From the NCBI GenBank assembly GCA_037444665.1, contig JBBILZ010000023.1, positions 1 to 35,679 on the forward strand: DNA of 35,679 nucleotides. Reading direction: 5' to 3'. Positions 19,187 through 28,101 of the stretch are shown one piece after another. Each line of letters opens with the position of its first letter. Positions within the stretch are counted from its first letter, which is position 1. A model generated the notes under the pieces. The model did no database searches, was not told the DNA's origin, and saw only the letters and a program-made list of their open reading frames with translations. The translations under genes were made by a program, and so were the position numbers. The stretch comes from a candidate division WOR-3 bacterium (GTDB lineage Bacteria > Hydrothermota > Tepidihabitantia > SM23-42 > JAOAFX01).

Positions 19187-22075
19187 TTAGCGCCAATCGC
19201 CAATTACCACAAACGGTGCCCAGAAAAATGGTTTATTATAATATTCCTGTTTCATCAACCATCTCTGGGCATCGCACAGTGCCTTTGTCTTATCAGTTTC
19301 CCTCAGATTTTTATACAATTGCATCATCAATAGAGCAGTTGATACATCGCTCACCTTCCATAAAGAAGCGATAACCGAGGGAGCGCCTGCATAGATAAAG
19401 GCACGACTCAATCCGGTGAGTTCATCACCAAAAACAGCCTTTTCAGAGAAACCACGCAACTGCCCTGTTTCACAAGCAGATAAGGTTACAAGATAGGCAT
19501 TTATTTTCAGGTCAAATATCTCCCTCACTTTTAACTCGCCATCGTTTTCATTATCCTTTGTGAGTATTATGCGGGAATCAAGCGCAGAATCGCCTGGGGC
19601 AAGTTTGCCATGGGTCGCGAGATGGATAATATCATAATCCTTTAAGTATTTTTTGGCATTGGTCTCTGATGGTTGTGGTGACGAATCTTCACCATCTGAA
19701 AATACTTTTACATTTGTCAGTGCCCGGGATCTTATAATTGAATCCTTTTCCGCAGTGGTCCCGGGCAGAGGCATATCAAACCATTCCTGATGTTCGCTAA
19801 AATTAGATTTGGCAAAGATTACAGATTTATTTTTTTTCAATTTATTTTTATTATGGGCAATCTCAAATACCGAGGCAGAAGGGATATAAAAAATATCGTA
19901 GTCATCTATAAGAATCCTATTCTGTGCCTTTTCGGTTAAAATCGTAGCAAAAGGTAGATTATGGAGTATTCCATAAGGAATAATACCAAATCTCTTTTTG
20001 TCTTTAATTTCTGGTATTACCGGTGCGATTAAATTTAAATAAAACCAGTATGAAATTTCGCTAAGTTCATTATCACTATAATCAACCCTCCGTTTTATTA
20101 TCTTACGATAGCGGTCAATTTTTTCATAGAGTTCTTCGGATTTTATTACCATTTTTTTTATACTCAGGTTATGATTAGTAATTGCAAAGATATATAAATT
20201 TTCTGAGCCGATAAAATACTCAATAAAAGCAGTTTTATCATCCAGCATGGATTGGAGTCTATTTATTTCTATTGGTTTTGTTGATTTTAAAACTTTATAA
20301 TCAGGAAATTTCTCTGATAGTTCTTTTACTATTCTGCCATGCTCAATTATTGCATCTGCCTGCTCAGGCATACCAGTAAGAAATTCAATTCTTTTTTCCA
20401 GAGACTGCTCTTTGTGGATAAGTGTTCTAATCTCTGGGTCAAGGCCCTCTTTCCCGGCAATATCTATTCCTGAGAGTAAATCCAGAAATGCCCTTGATTT
20501 TCCTGCCTCGGCATATTCAAATGCCTTTTTTGCATTATGTTTCTGGTAATACAGCTCTATAAGGTATTCATACAGCACAATCTTATTTTCAAAGAATGCA
20601 GAACGGAATTCCTGACTGATGATTCTACCCCGTAAGTCTTCAATAATATCTACTGCCCGGGTCAGGGAATTTATCGCAGCATCAATCAACCCTGTTCTTT
20701 GCTGGGCAAAACCAATGTTTGATAAAATTGATGCCTGCCAATCTTTCCGCTTCATATTTTCAATTATATTATACCCATCTTCATAGGATTTTATTCCCAT
20801 CTTGTAGTCACCAGAAAGCACATAAAGATTTCCTAAATTACAATGAACCTTTGCCTGTCCAATGCTATCCTTAAGTATTTTATATATACCCAGTGCCTTT
20901 TGATAATTATCCTTTGCCAGTTTATAATCTCCTTTTCTTTCGTATAGTATACCAAGATTGTTATAAAATAATGCCTCATCTTTTTTGTCCATTAATAATG
21001 GTTTTGTTAAATTATAATAATAAAATGCTGAATCAAAGTACTGGGTATCAACAGAAGATAGTAGCATATATGTATAACCCATATTCTGCAATGCCTCAAT
21101 CTTCCAGGATACATTCTGTGTTTTTTCAAAGATCTCATAGGCAAGGTTAAATTTCTCAAGGGCAGAACGGTATCTGCCCATATCAAGGTAGAGAGAACCT
21201 ATACCATTCAATAACTCACCTTCTCCAAGGGCAATCTCTTTTTCCTTTTTAATGGTTATTAATAAATTCAATGACTTTGCAAGATTTTCATAGGCAAGGT
21301 CATAATCACCAAGCCTTCTGTAAATATTCCCCATCTCACGATATGCCTCAGCCGCGCTCTTAAGATAACCCATTTCAATTGATAGTGAACAGGAATTGTT
21401 GAAATAATTCAAGGCACTATCAATTTCTGCATTTTGAAGATACAGACTTGCAAGGAAAAAATACCCATCAACCAGCCCCTTTTTATAGTTTATGGACTTT
21501 GATTTATCAATTGCCAGCAACAGATTGTCCATTGCGTTTTTATAATCATTCTTTTGTAATGCAATCTTTGATAGCATTAAATAAAGAGTAATTTCGTCCT
21601 GTAGATTATCTTCGGTCTTCTCTTTTATCAGTTCTTGAAACTTTAATCCATTTTCAAAGAACTCTTTAGCCTTATTATAGTCTCCCTGATAAAAAGAGAT
21701 TGAGCCAAAATTCAAGTATATCTTTACCTCACCAGGATAGTATTTATTCTCTTTAAACACAGCAAGGGCTTGATTATAGTAATCCATTGCCAGATTTAAG
21801 TCACCAAAAGAGAGAGCGATGTTTCCGAGCCCTTTAAGGCAAATTCCTTTATCAATACTCTGCGCAGTTTTAAAAACTATTTTGTAGATACTTTCTGCTT
21901 CAAAAAAATTCTCGCTATAGAATAATGAATCGGCAATTTTAATCCTGGGGTCAATCTCGTATGCAATACCAGAAATGCACAGGGAAAAGATAAAAAGCAG
22001 AATTTTTACCAACTTAGTTTTTTTAAAGATTCTATTCCAGTGCGTGGTAATTTTAATTTTTAAATTATATCTCAT
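19187..22075 (-). CDS. TPR-CHAT caspase-like cysteine protease (CHAT-3)
   Basis: Basic n-region plus h-region ending GIA-YE; long TPR array; AFEYAEAGKSR; dyad IHLATHG / LSACET; KPFFWAPFVVIGDW. Confidence 0.92.
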   Translation of the reverse strand: MRYNLKIKITTHWNRIFKKTKLVKILLFIFSLCISGIAYEIDPRIKIADSLFYSENFFEAESIYKIVFKTAQSIDKGICLKGLGNIALSFGDLNLAMDYYNQALAVFKENKYYPGEVKIYLNFGSISFYQGDYNKAKEFFENGLKFQELIKEKTEDNLQDEITLYLMLSKIALQKNDYKNAMDNLLLAIDKSKSINYKKGLVDGYFFLASLYLQNAEIDSALNYFNNSCSLSIEMGYLKSAAEAYREMGNIYRRLGDYDLAYENLAKSLNLLITIKKEKEIALGEGELLNGIGSLYLDMGRYRSALEKFNLAYEIFEKTQNVSWKIEALQNMGYTYMLLSSVDTQYFDSAFYYYNLTKPLLMDKKDEALFYNNLGILYERKGDYKLAKDNYQKALGIYKILKDSIGQAKVHCNLGNLYVLSGDYKMGIKSYEDGYNIIENMKRKDWQASILSNIGFAQQRTGLIDAAINSLTRAVDIIEDLRGRIISQEFRSAFFENKIVLYEYLIELYYQKHNAKKAFEYAEAGKSRAFLDLLSGIDIAGKEGLDPEIRTLIHKEQSLEKRIEFLTGMPEQADAIIEHGRIVKELSEKFPDYKVLKSTKPIEINRLQSMLDDKTAFIEYFIGSENLYIFAITNHNLSIKKMVIKSEELYEKIDRYRKIIKRRVDYSDNELSEISYWFYLNLIAPVIPEIKDKKRFGIIPYGILHNLPFATILTEKAQNRILIDDYDIFYIPSASVFEIAHNKNKLKKNKSVIFAKSNFSEHQEWFDMPLPGTTAEKDSIIRSRALTNVKVFSDGEDSSPQPSETNAKKYLKDYDIIHLATHGKLAPGDSALDSRIILTKDNENDGELKVREIFDLKINAYLVTLSACETGQLRGFSEKAVFGDELTGLSRAFIYAGAPSVIASLWKVSDVSTALLMMQLYKNLRETDKTKALCDAQRWLMKQEYYNKPFFWAPFVVIGDWR

Positions 22076-23016
22076 TCCCCTTTGGTCAATTTTTCATATT
22101 GCTCAAGGTGTTTATTTCCAAGTTCAACAAGACCATATTTATTATAAAGGGCTGAAAGCGAACGATGAATCACTGGCTCATTCGGTTTAATTTTTAGTAA
22201 AGACTCATACTCTTTAATCGCATTTAGGATTAAACCATTGCTCTCGTATAATAATGCGCTCAAATAATGGAGTGTAAATGTATCAGGATTCTGTTTTTTG
22301 ATATTATCAATCGCAATGAAAAGATTTGTAACAGCATCTGGTTTTAGAACTTTAATGAATCGTTCTGCACTATTCAAAGTATCATTTCCTTTTATTGCGA
22401 GAATCTTTAAAAGATATGAACCCGGCATAAGTTCAGAAACATCTTCAGGATACTTCAAAAAGGTATCGGCTAAAGTCTTTTGCCATATTACTTCACCCAT
22501 CCTCTGAACGATGACCACATACAAATTTGCCTTGTTAAATCTGCTCCAGATAACATCTGGCTTATTACTGACCAATGCAGTATTTCCAGGCTCGTAAACT
22601 TTCAGGGCGAGGCTATCTTCCTCACCACGCACGAGAATTTTCAAACCCGCTCTTTCACCCGTAGCACTGAAGGCAAACAAATGTGAGAGTCCAGTGTTTC
22701 TATCACCGGATTCATCCTGTTCTTCTAACCCCCTCTGCGTCTCATCAACCGCAGGAAGAATTTGAAATCTCATATTTTGTCCAAATGAAGCGAGCTTACC
22801 ATTATTATACAGAAGAGTTATCTCTGAGTTTTCAGCGGTTATCAGGCTGTCATTTGTGAATAGTCCCTGTTCAAGTGTAGCATTAGCGTATTCATTATTT
22901 GTATATCTATAAATTTTTACATTCCCCTCAATTGCGGTTATCACTGCAATGGGGTTTACATCTTCACAAAACGCAAATATCACAAATGATAGCAAAATAG
23001 ACAATAATCTATGCAT
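22072..23016 (-). CDS. Secreted FecR-like N-domain + DUF928-like/TPR C-domain protein
   Basis: Signal peptide; AVITAIEGNV...GLFTNDSLITAENSEITL (FecR-like); LKYPEDVSELMPGSY and ALLYESNGLILNAI (DUF928-like, from recollection); SD GAAAGGAG. Confidence 0.7.
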   Translation of the reverse strand: MHRLLSILLSFVIFAFCEDVNPIAVITAIEGNVKIYRYTNNEYANATLEQGLFTNDSLITAENSEITLLYNNGKLASFGQNMRFQILPAVDETQRGLEEQDESGDRNTGLSHLFAFSATGERAGLKILVRGEEDSLALKVYEPGNTALVSNKPDVIWSRFNKANLYVVIVQRMGEVIWQKTLADTFLKYPEDVSELMPGSYLLKILAIKGNDTLNSAERFIKVLKPDAVTNLFIAIDNIKKQNPDTFTLHYLSALLYESNGLILNAIKEYESLLKIKPNEPVIHRSLSALYNKYGLVELGNKHLEQYEKLTKGE

Positions 23017-23066
23017 CTGCTCCTTTCACTATATATGATTACCACCAAAAAGAATAAATATTCCAA

Positions 23067-23094
23067 ATTTTATTCAATTTTCAAAATTTGTCAA
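23067..23094 (-). promoter_or_regulatory. sigma70-like promoter of the CHAT cluster
   Basis: TTGACA-N16-TAAAAT, about 50 nt upstream of ATG 23016. Confidence 0.65.
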
Positions 23095-23126
23095 TCAATA
23101 ATAGCCCTGTATTTTTTTATGTATCT

Positions 23127-23801
23127 CTATTTTGCGCCAAATATTCCACCAAGTGCAGCACTCAAAAGGATTGATGCAAGCCAGATAGCAAAGACCAGAA
23201 TATAACTATTCTCCTTTTTCAAACTATTGGTAACGTGTATACCATAGGCAACAAGGCACATCTCCCAGAGTATAAAAAAATCAAACTGGCTCAATAATCT
23301 ATAAGCAAATGAATGGGTATTAAGATTGGGAATAAAAAGGGCAATGGATGTACTTACCTGAAGTGAATGCTTTAAAAGGACCAGTATTAACCGTATTATG
23401 TTCCCGGGTATTTTTATCAGGGCAGAAAAAGAAACAACTGAAAAGACCATTTTAAATGAACCTTCGCCACCAAACATTGGAATAAAGAGATTCAACAGCG
23501 CAGAAAAAATCAAAAGGATAACCACAGTATTGATAATGGCACCAAGGCCACCAAAAATGAACAATATTGGACCTGAAGAAAATTTCAAAGCCTGTTCAAT
23601 CTGTTCATCGGTCATATTGCGCTGTCTAAATGCTTCTATCTGCTGGGCAGTAATCAAATCCTGTGTTGTTGAAATTGTTAGGATCGCTATTATTGGGAGA
23701 GCAACAAGCACGACTACCAATGGTAATAGCCATTCTGGCTTTTCTTTGATTCTTTTAAATACTGAGCCTGGATTTAGAAAAATATTAATTATGTTTTCCA
23801 T
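23127..23801 (-). CDS. Yip1-domain membrane protein (YknW-like)
   Basis: IFLNPGSVFKRIKEKPEWLLP, multiple TMs, GGEGSFK, DFFILW; ATG 23801. Confidence 0.85.
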   Translation of the reverse strand: MENIINIFLNPGSVFKRIKEKPEWLLPLVVVLVALPIIAILTISTTQDLITAQQIEAFRQRNMTDEQIEQALKFSSGPILFIFGGLGAIINTVVILLIFSALLNLFIPMFGGEGSFKMVFSVVSFSALIKIPGNIIRLILVLLKHSLQVSTSIALFIPNLNTHSFAYRLLSQFDFFILWEMCLVAYGIHVTNSLKKENSYILVFAIWLASILLSAALGGIFGAK

Positions 23802-23806
23802 AAAAT

Positions 23807-23884
23807 AGTATATATAGCAATGCATTAAAGTCAATATAATATCTTTTTAATCCCCCTTGACTTTGCATTAGCCAGATATATAAT
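23807..23884. promoter_or_regulatory. Back-to-back divergent promoters for yip1 and the M23 gene
   Basis: Minus: TTGACT(23834-23829)-N16-TATACT(23812-23807). Plus: TTGACT(23857-23862)-N16-TATAAT(23879-23884). Confidence 0.7.
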
Positions 23885-23900
23885 AGATTCAGGAGCATCT

Positions 23901-24788
23901 TTGGAAATTATTTTTATTAATGAACGGAAAAACAAGACATTAAATTTAATTGTCAACTGGAGTATTCTTGCCTTAGTTATTATTGTTATTATTGCAATAT
24001 TGATTCTTTTTGTATACGGATTAATCAATTTTGCTCGCGGTAGGGTAGATTATAAAAAAATACAGCAATTAAACTATGAAAATAATATTGTCCGTAAAGA
24101 ACTTGAATTGATGGAGGCCGAAATAAAATCAATAAACATAAATCTTGATAGCCTGGCAAAAAAGGATACTGCCTTAAAATACTTTGCACAATTAAAACCC
24201 CTTGAAACAGTAATCAATTATAAGACTGAAGATAAAATACCAAATGATTCTGTAGAAAATAAAAATTTTAATCAGATATCAATGGTTCTTGATGAATTAC
24301 TTTTGCAGACAAATGACCATTATTTAACAAATAAAGCAATCCTGAATTATCTTGAACAAAAACAAAATTTAAAGGATTTAATACCATCTATTGCACCGGT
24401 TAACGGCTGGTTTATGCGCGGGTTTGGCCATTGTCCGGACCCATTTACTGGAACAGTAAAGATGCATGAAGGGATTGATATTGCCGCGCCCATAGGCACA
24501 CCAGTCATTGCTCCTGCAGATGGTGTTGTAAAAAAAGTGCAGAGAACAAATGACTTTGGCATTATTATAGAAATCAGCCATTATAAAGATTTAACTACAA
24601 TGTATGCACATTTGCAGAATCCAAATGTCATCAATGGGCAATCAGTTAAAAGGGGAGACATCATTGGGTTTATCGGAACAAGCGGTAAAATTACTGGACC
24701 CCATCTTCATTATGAAATAAGAATTGCTGACATTCCCGTAGACCCTTTGAATTATATTATCCTCAATCAAACTGCACATCACAACTAA
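23901..24788 (+). CDS. M23-family peptidoglycan endopeptidase with TM anchor and coiled coil
   Basis: HEGIDIAA (HxxxD), YAHL, TGPHLHYE (HxH); TTG start with SD AGGAG. Confidence 0.9.
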   Translation: MEIIFINERKNKTLNLIVNWSILALVIIVIIAILILFVYGLINFARGRVDYKKIQQLNYENNIVRKELELMEAEIKSININLDSLAKKDTALKYFAQLKPLETVINYKTEDKIPNDSVENKNFNQISMVLDELLLQTNDHYLTNKAILNYLEQKQNLKDLIPSIAPVNGWFMRGFGHCPDPFTGTVKMHEGIDIAAPIGTPVIAPADGVVKKVQRTNDFGIIIEISHYKDLTTMYAHLQNPNVINGQSVKRGDIIGFIGTSGKITGPHLHYEIRIADIPVDPLNYIILNQTAHHN

Positions 24789-24792
24789 TATT

Positions 24793-25695
24793 ATGAATGA
24801 AATTATAAAAAAGATCAACGAATTAAAGAAAAAACATAATGCAATCATTCTGGTTCACAATTATCAACTACCCGAAATCCAGGATATTGGAGATTTTGTA
24901 GGAGATTCCCTGGAACTGGCGCGCATTTCGCGCGATGTTCCTTCAAAGGTTATTGTTTTCTGCGGTGTCCATTTTATGGCAGAAACGGCGAAAATCTTCA
25001 ATCCTGATAAGATTGTGCTAATGCCTGACCTTCACGCAGGCTGTCCCATGGCAAATATGATTGACCCTATAAAATTAGAAAAAGAAAGGGAAAAACATCC
25101 TGAGGCTGCAGTTATTACTTATATTAATTCCACTGCAGAAGTAAAGGCTCTGTCTGATGTCTGCTGTACTTCAGCCAATGGAGTAAAAATAGCAAGGGCG
25201 ATTGATAAAAAAGAGATTATCTTTGTTCCGGATAAATATCTTGGCGCATATGTAGCACGTCAGATTTTAGAAAAGAAGTTTTATCTTTATGATGGCTACT
25301 GCCCTACACATATGTTATTCAGTAAAGCAGGGATACTGAAATTAAAAGAGCAATATCCCCTTGCCAAGGTGCTCGTCCATCCTGAATGTCGCACTGAAGT
25401 TCAGGAAATGGCAGACGCCATCTGCTCTACTTCACAAATGATTACTTATGCAAAAAATAGTTCAGCAGAGCAATTTATTATCTGCACAGAGATTGGTCTA
25501 CTTCACAGATTAAAAAAAGAGAATCCCAAGAAAGAATTTATTCCGGGCAATCCCCATGCCATGTGTCCAAATATGAAACTCACAACACTGGAAAAAGTGC
25601 TCTGGGCTTTAGAGGATATGAAACACGAAATTACTGTTGATGAGAAAATACGGCAAAGAGCATTTACTACAATTGAACGGATGGTTAAAATTTAG
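24793..25695 (+). CDS. nadA: Quinolinate synthase
   Basis: VHNYQ, GDSLEL, FCGVHFMAETAK, three Fe-S cysteines (AGCPMA, YCPTH, MCPNMK), HPEC. Confidence 0.96.
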   Translation: MNEIIKKINELKKKHNAIILVHNYQLPEIQDIGDFVGDSLELARISRDVPSKVIVFCGVHFMAETAKIFNPDKIVLMPDLHAGCPMANMIDPIKLEKEREKHPEAAVITYINSTAEVKALSDVCCTSANGVKIARAIDKKEIIFVPDKYLGAYVARQILEKKFYLYDGYCPTHMLFSKAGILKLKEQYPLAKVLVHPECRTEVQEMADAICSTSQMITYAKNSSAEQFIICTEIGLLHRLKKENPKKEFIPGNPHAMCPNMKLTTLEKVLWALEDMKHEITVDEKIRQRAFTTIERMVKI

Positions 25696-25697
25696 TA

Positions 25698-26972
25698 TCA
25701 ACCCTTTTCTATATCATAAAAGACCAAACCTGAAATCAATTTTGGATAAAAATCCGTAGATTTCTGAGGCATCCTTTCTCTATTTTTTGCGACATCATGC
25801 ACCTGTTCTGGCTTTGTTGGATTCATTAAAAATGCACACTGGAATTCACCGGAGTCTACTCTTTTTATTGTCTCATCTATGCCGCGTTGATACCTGATAT
25901 GATCTTCAATCTTTTCCAGTCTAACACCTAAAATCTTTTCTATCAAAAGGGCATGCAGGACTGCCACATCAAGATTTTGATATTCCTTACTTCGGTCAGG
26001 CAGAATCTTTGACATTATCTTTAAATCCTTCAATTTAAGGAGATAACAACCTTCTGAAGAATAGAATCCAAATGCGTGCATCCTTTCTTTTTCAAGTTCT
26101 TTTTTTATCGCCTCTTTTGTTATTTTTTTTGCCTCAAAAAATTCCTGCGCATTTTGCAAAAATGTTTCAGTTTTAAATCCTCTTAAATTCATTACCAGAC
26201 GATGGGTAGGAAGGATGACCAAACCCGAATCCTGAATATTCACCAGGGTGACCATCTTAAAATTTGCCGGGTGGTTCTGCTCAATATCACCAAGTTCATT
26301 CCGATAATTGAAAAAGGTCTCATAGCGGTGATGCCCATCAGCAATTACAAATATTGAATCTTTTAATCTGCGGGAAATATTTTCTATTGCATTTTTATCC
26401 GAGACCTTCCACAATCGGTGAGCAATATTCCGGTCATCTTTAACATCAATTATTGGTGTATCATTGCAGTGCTTTTCAATTATTTGCATCACCGTATTCT
26501 CCGGGTCAGTATACAGCAAAAATACCGGTTCAAAATCTTTTTTTGTGATGCGGGTAAGATTTAAACGGTCTTCTTTTGGCTTGGAAAGGGTCTTTTCATG
26601 GGGTAGAATATTGCCTTTACCCAATTCTTCCAGTCTTAATCTACAGATAAATCCTTTTCTTATATATTTTTTACCTTCAATGGAAAATTCCTGAAAATAA
26701 GGGTATATTGACTCTTCTTTATCGTAAACAAAGATGCTATTTTTGAACCAATCTTCAACACAATGCTTCGCATTATTATATTCCTGCTCCCGATTATGGC
26801 CATCTGCATAATGGGTAAGAACTAAATTTACAAAACTGTAAGGGCTCCTTTTTTTATACTCCTTCTCCATCTCATCAGTTATCTGGTCATACGGCTGGGT
26901 TATCACATCAGCAAGATTATTTATCTTTTTTAGATTATATCTTATCCCTTTAAATGGTCTAATTTCAGGCAT
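25698..26972 (-). CDS. DUF1015-family protein
   Basis: IRPFKG, QPYD, ILPHEKT, IADGHHRY, ILPTHR, MPQKSTDFYPKLISGL; SD AGGAGG. Confidence 0.9.
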   Translation of the reverse strand: MPEIRPFKGIRYNLKKINNLADVITQPYDQITDEMEKEYKKRSPYSFVNLVLTHYADGHNREQEYNNAKHCVEDWFKNSIFVYDKEESIYPYFQEFSIEGKKYIRKGFICRLRLEELGKGNILPHEKTLSKPKEDRLNLTRITKKDFEPVFLLYTDPENTVMQIIEKHCNDTPIIDVKDDRNIAHRLWKVSDKNAIENISRRLKDSIFVIADGHHRYETFFNYRNELGDIEQNHPANFKMVTLVNIQDSGLVILPTHRLVMNLRGFKTETFLQNAQEFFEAKKITKEAIKKELEKERMHAFGFYSSEGCYLLKLKDLKIMSKILPDRSKEYQNLDVAVLHALLIEKILGVRLEKIEDHIRYQRGIDETIKRVDSGEFQCAFLMNPTKPEQVHDVAKNRERMPQKSTDFYPKLISGLVFYDIEKG

Positions 26973-27073
26973 TAAGCCTCCTTTTTGTGGTTATGCTACA
27001 CATAGATTTACACAAATAGAGATGCAGATTAACGCTGAAAATTTAGTATTCAGGCATTTTAGAATTTTAGGGT

Positions 27074-27970
27074 TTATTTCAGTGCATCCCTGACCAATTC
27101 TGCAATCTGAACACCTGCCCGCTGTTGTCCTTCTTCAGTTTGCGCACCAATGTGAGGAGTTAGAATAACCTGCTCAAGGCTGAATAGTTTATGCTCCTTT
27201 GCAGGTTCCACCTCATAGACATCAAGGCAGGCAACCCTTACCTTACCCGTGGTTATCGCCTCATAGAGTGCATCTTCATCAATAACACCACCCCGCGCAC
27301 AGTTGACAATGACGACCCCGGTCTTCATCTTATCAAAGGCAGATTTATTCAATAAGTGTGCAGTCTCTTTTGTTTTAGGGATATGTAAAGAGATATAGTC
27401 TGATTTTTTGAGCAGGGTATCAAAGTCTACTATCTCGGCAAAATCTGATGATTTGATATAAGGGTCATACGCAATTACTTCCATACCCATTGCCTTTGCC
27501 CTTTTTGCCAGTTCAGAACCGATCCTGCCAATACCAATGATTCCAAGGGTCTTACCATAAAGTTCAAATCCATGAAATTTTTTCTTCTCCCATTTACCTG
27601 CTTTTGTTGAGACAGTTGCCTGAGGAATCATTCTTGCTGCAGAGAGCATCATTCCCAGAGCGAGTTCTGCTACAGAGATAGATGTTGCTGCTGGTGTATT
27701 TACAACTTTTATTCCTTTTGCCTTTGCCGCTTCAGCATCAACATTATCCAGTCCAACGCCTGCCCTGCCAATAACCTTTAATTTCTTTCCTGCATCAATC
27801 ACTTCTTTTGTCACTTTTGTTGCGCTCCGCACAATTATTGCATCAAAATCAGGAATAGTCTTAACCAGTTCCTCAGGTGCCATTCCTGTTTTCTCCACAA
27901 CTTCAAAACCACTCTTTTTTAAAATTTCAATACCTTCTTTAGCAATCGGATCAGAAATTAAAACTTTCAA
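27074..27970 (-). CDS. serA: D-3-phosphoglycerate dehydrogenase-like 2-hydroxyacid dehydrogenase (no ACT domain)
   Basis: VRSATKV, GRAGVGLDNVD, GIIGIGRIG, NCARGG, DVYEVEP, TPHIGAQT; TTG 27970 with SD AGGAGGT. Confidence 0.8.
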   Translation of the reverse strand: MKVLISDPIAKEGIEILKKSGFEVVEKTGMAPEELVKTIPDFDAIIVRSATKVTKEVIDAGKKLKVIGRAGVGLDNVDAEAAKAKGIKVVNTPAATSISVAELALGMMLSAARMIPQATVSTKAGKWEKKKFHGFELYGKTLGIIGIGRIGSELAKRAKAMGMEVIAYDPYIKSSDFAEIVDFDTLLKKSDYISLHIPKTKETAHLLNKSAFDKMKTGVVIVNCARGGVIDEDALYEAITTGKVRVACLDVYEVEPAKEHKLFSLEQVILTPHIGAQTEEGQQRAGVQIAELVRDALK

Positions 27971-27992
27971 GCTACCTCCTCTCACTCTGTAA

Positions 27993-28020
27993 ATTATAAC
28001 CAATTTTTTTTAATAATCAA
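27993..28020 (-). promoter_or_regulatory. sigma70-like promoter of serA-DUF1015
   Basis: TTGATT-N16-TATAAT. Confidence 0.6.
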
Positions 28021-28101
28021 TATTGAGTTTGCAATGTTCTATCGGAAACAAAGTGTCCGCCTTTAATTTTTCTCAGTTTTGTGGTCTAAAATTATTAATA
28101 C

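Noticed and set aside
6802..22075. CRISPR-associated Craspase (type III-E) or gasdermin system suggested by TPR-CHAT genes
   Set aside because: No repeat-spacer array, cas gene, or recognisable Csx30 or gasdermin ORF in the window, and the proteins carry export-like leaders
4605..23126. CHAT block as an autonomous mobile element or prophage
   Set aside because: No integrase, transposase, phage gene, tRNA target or flanking direct repeat was found by eye
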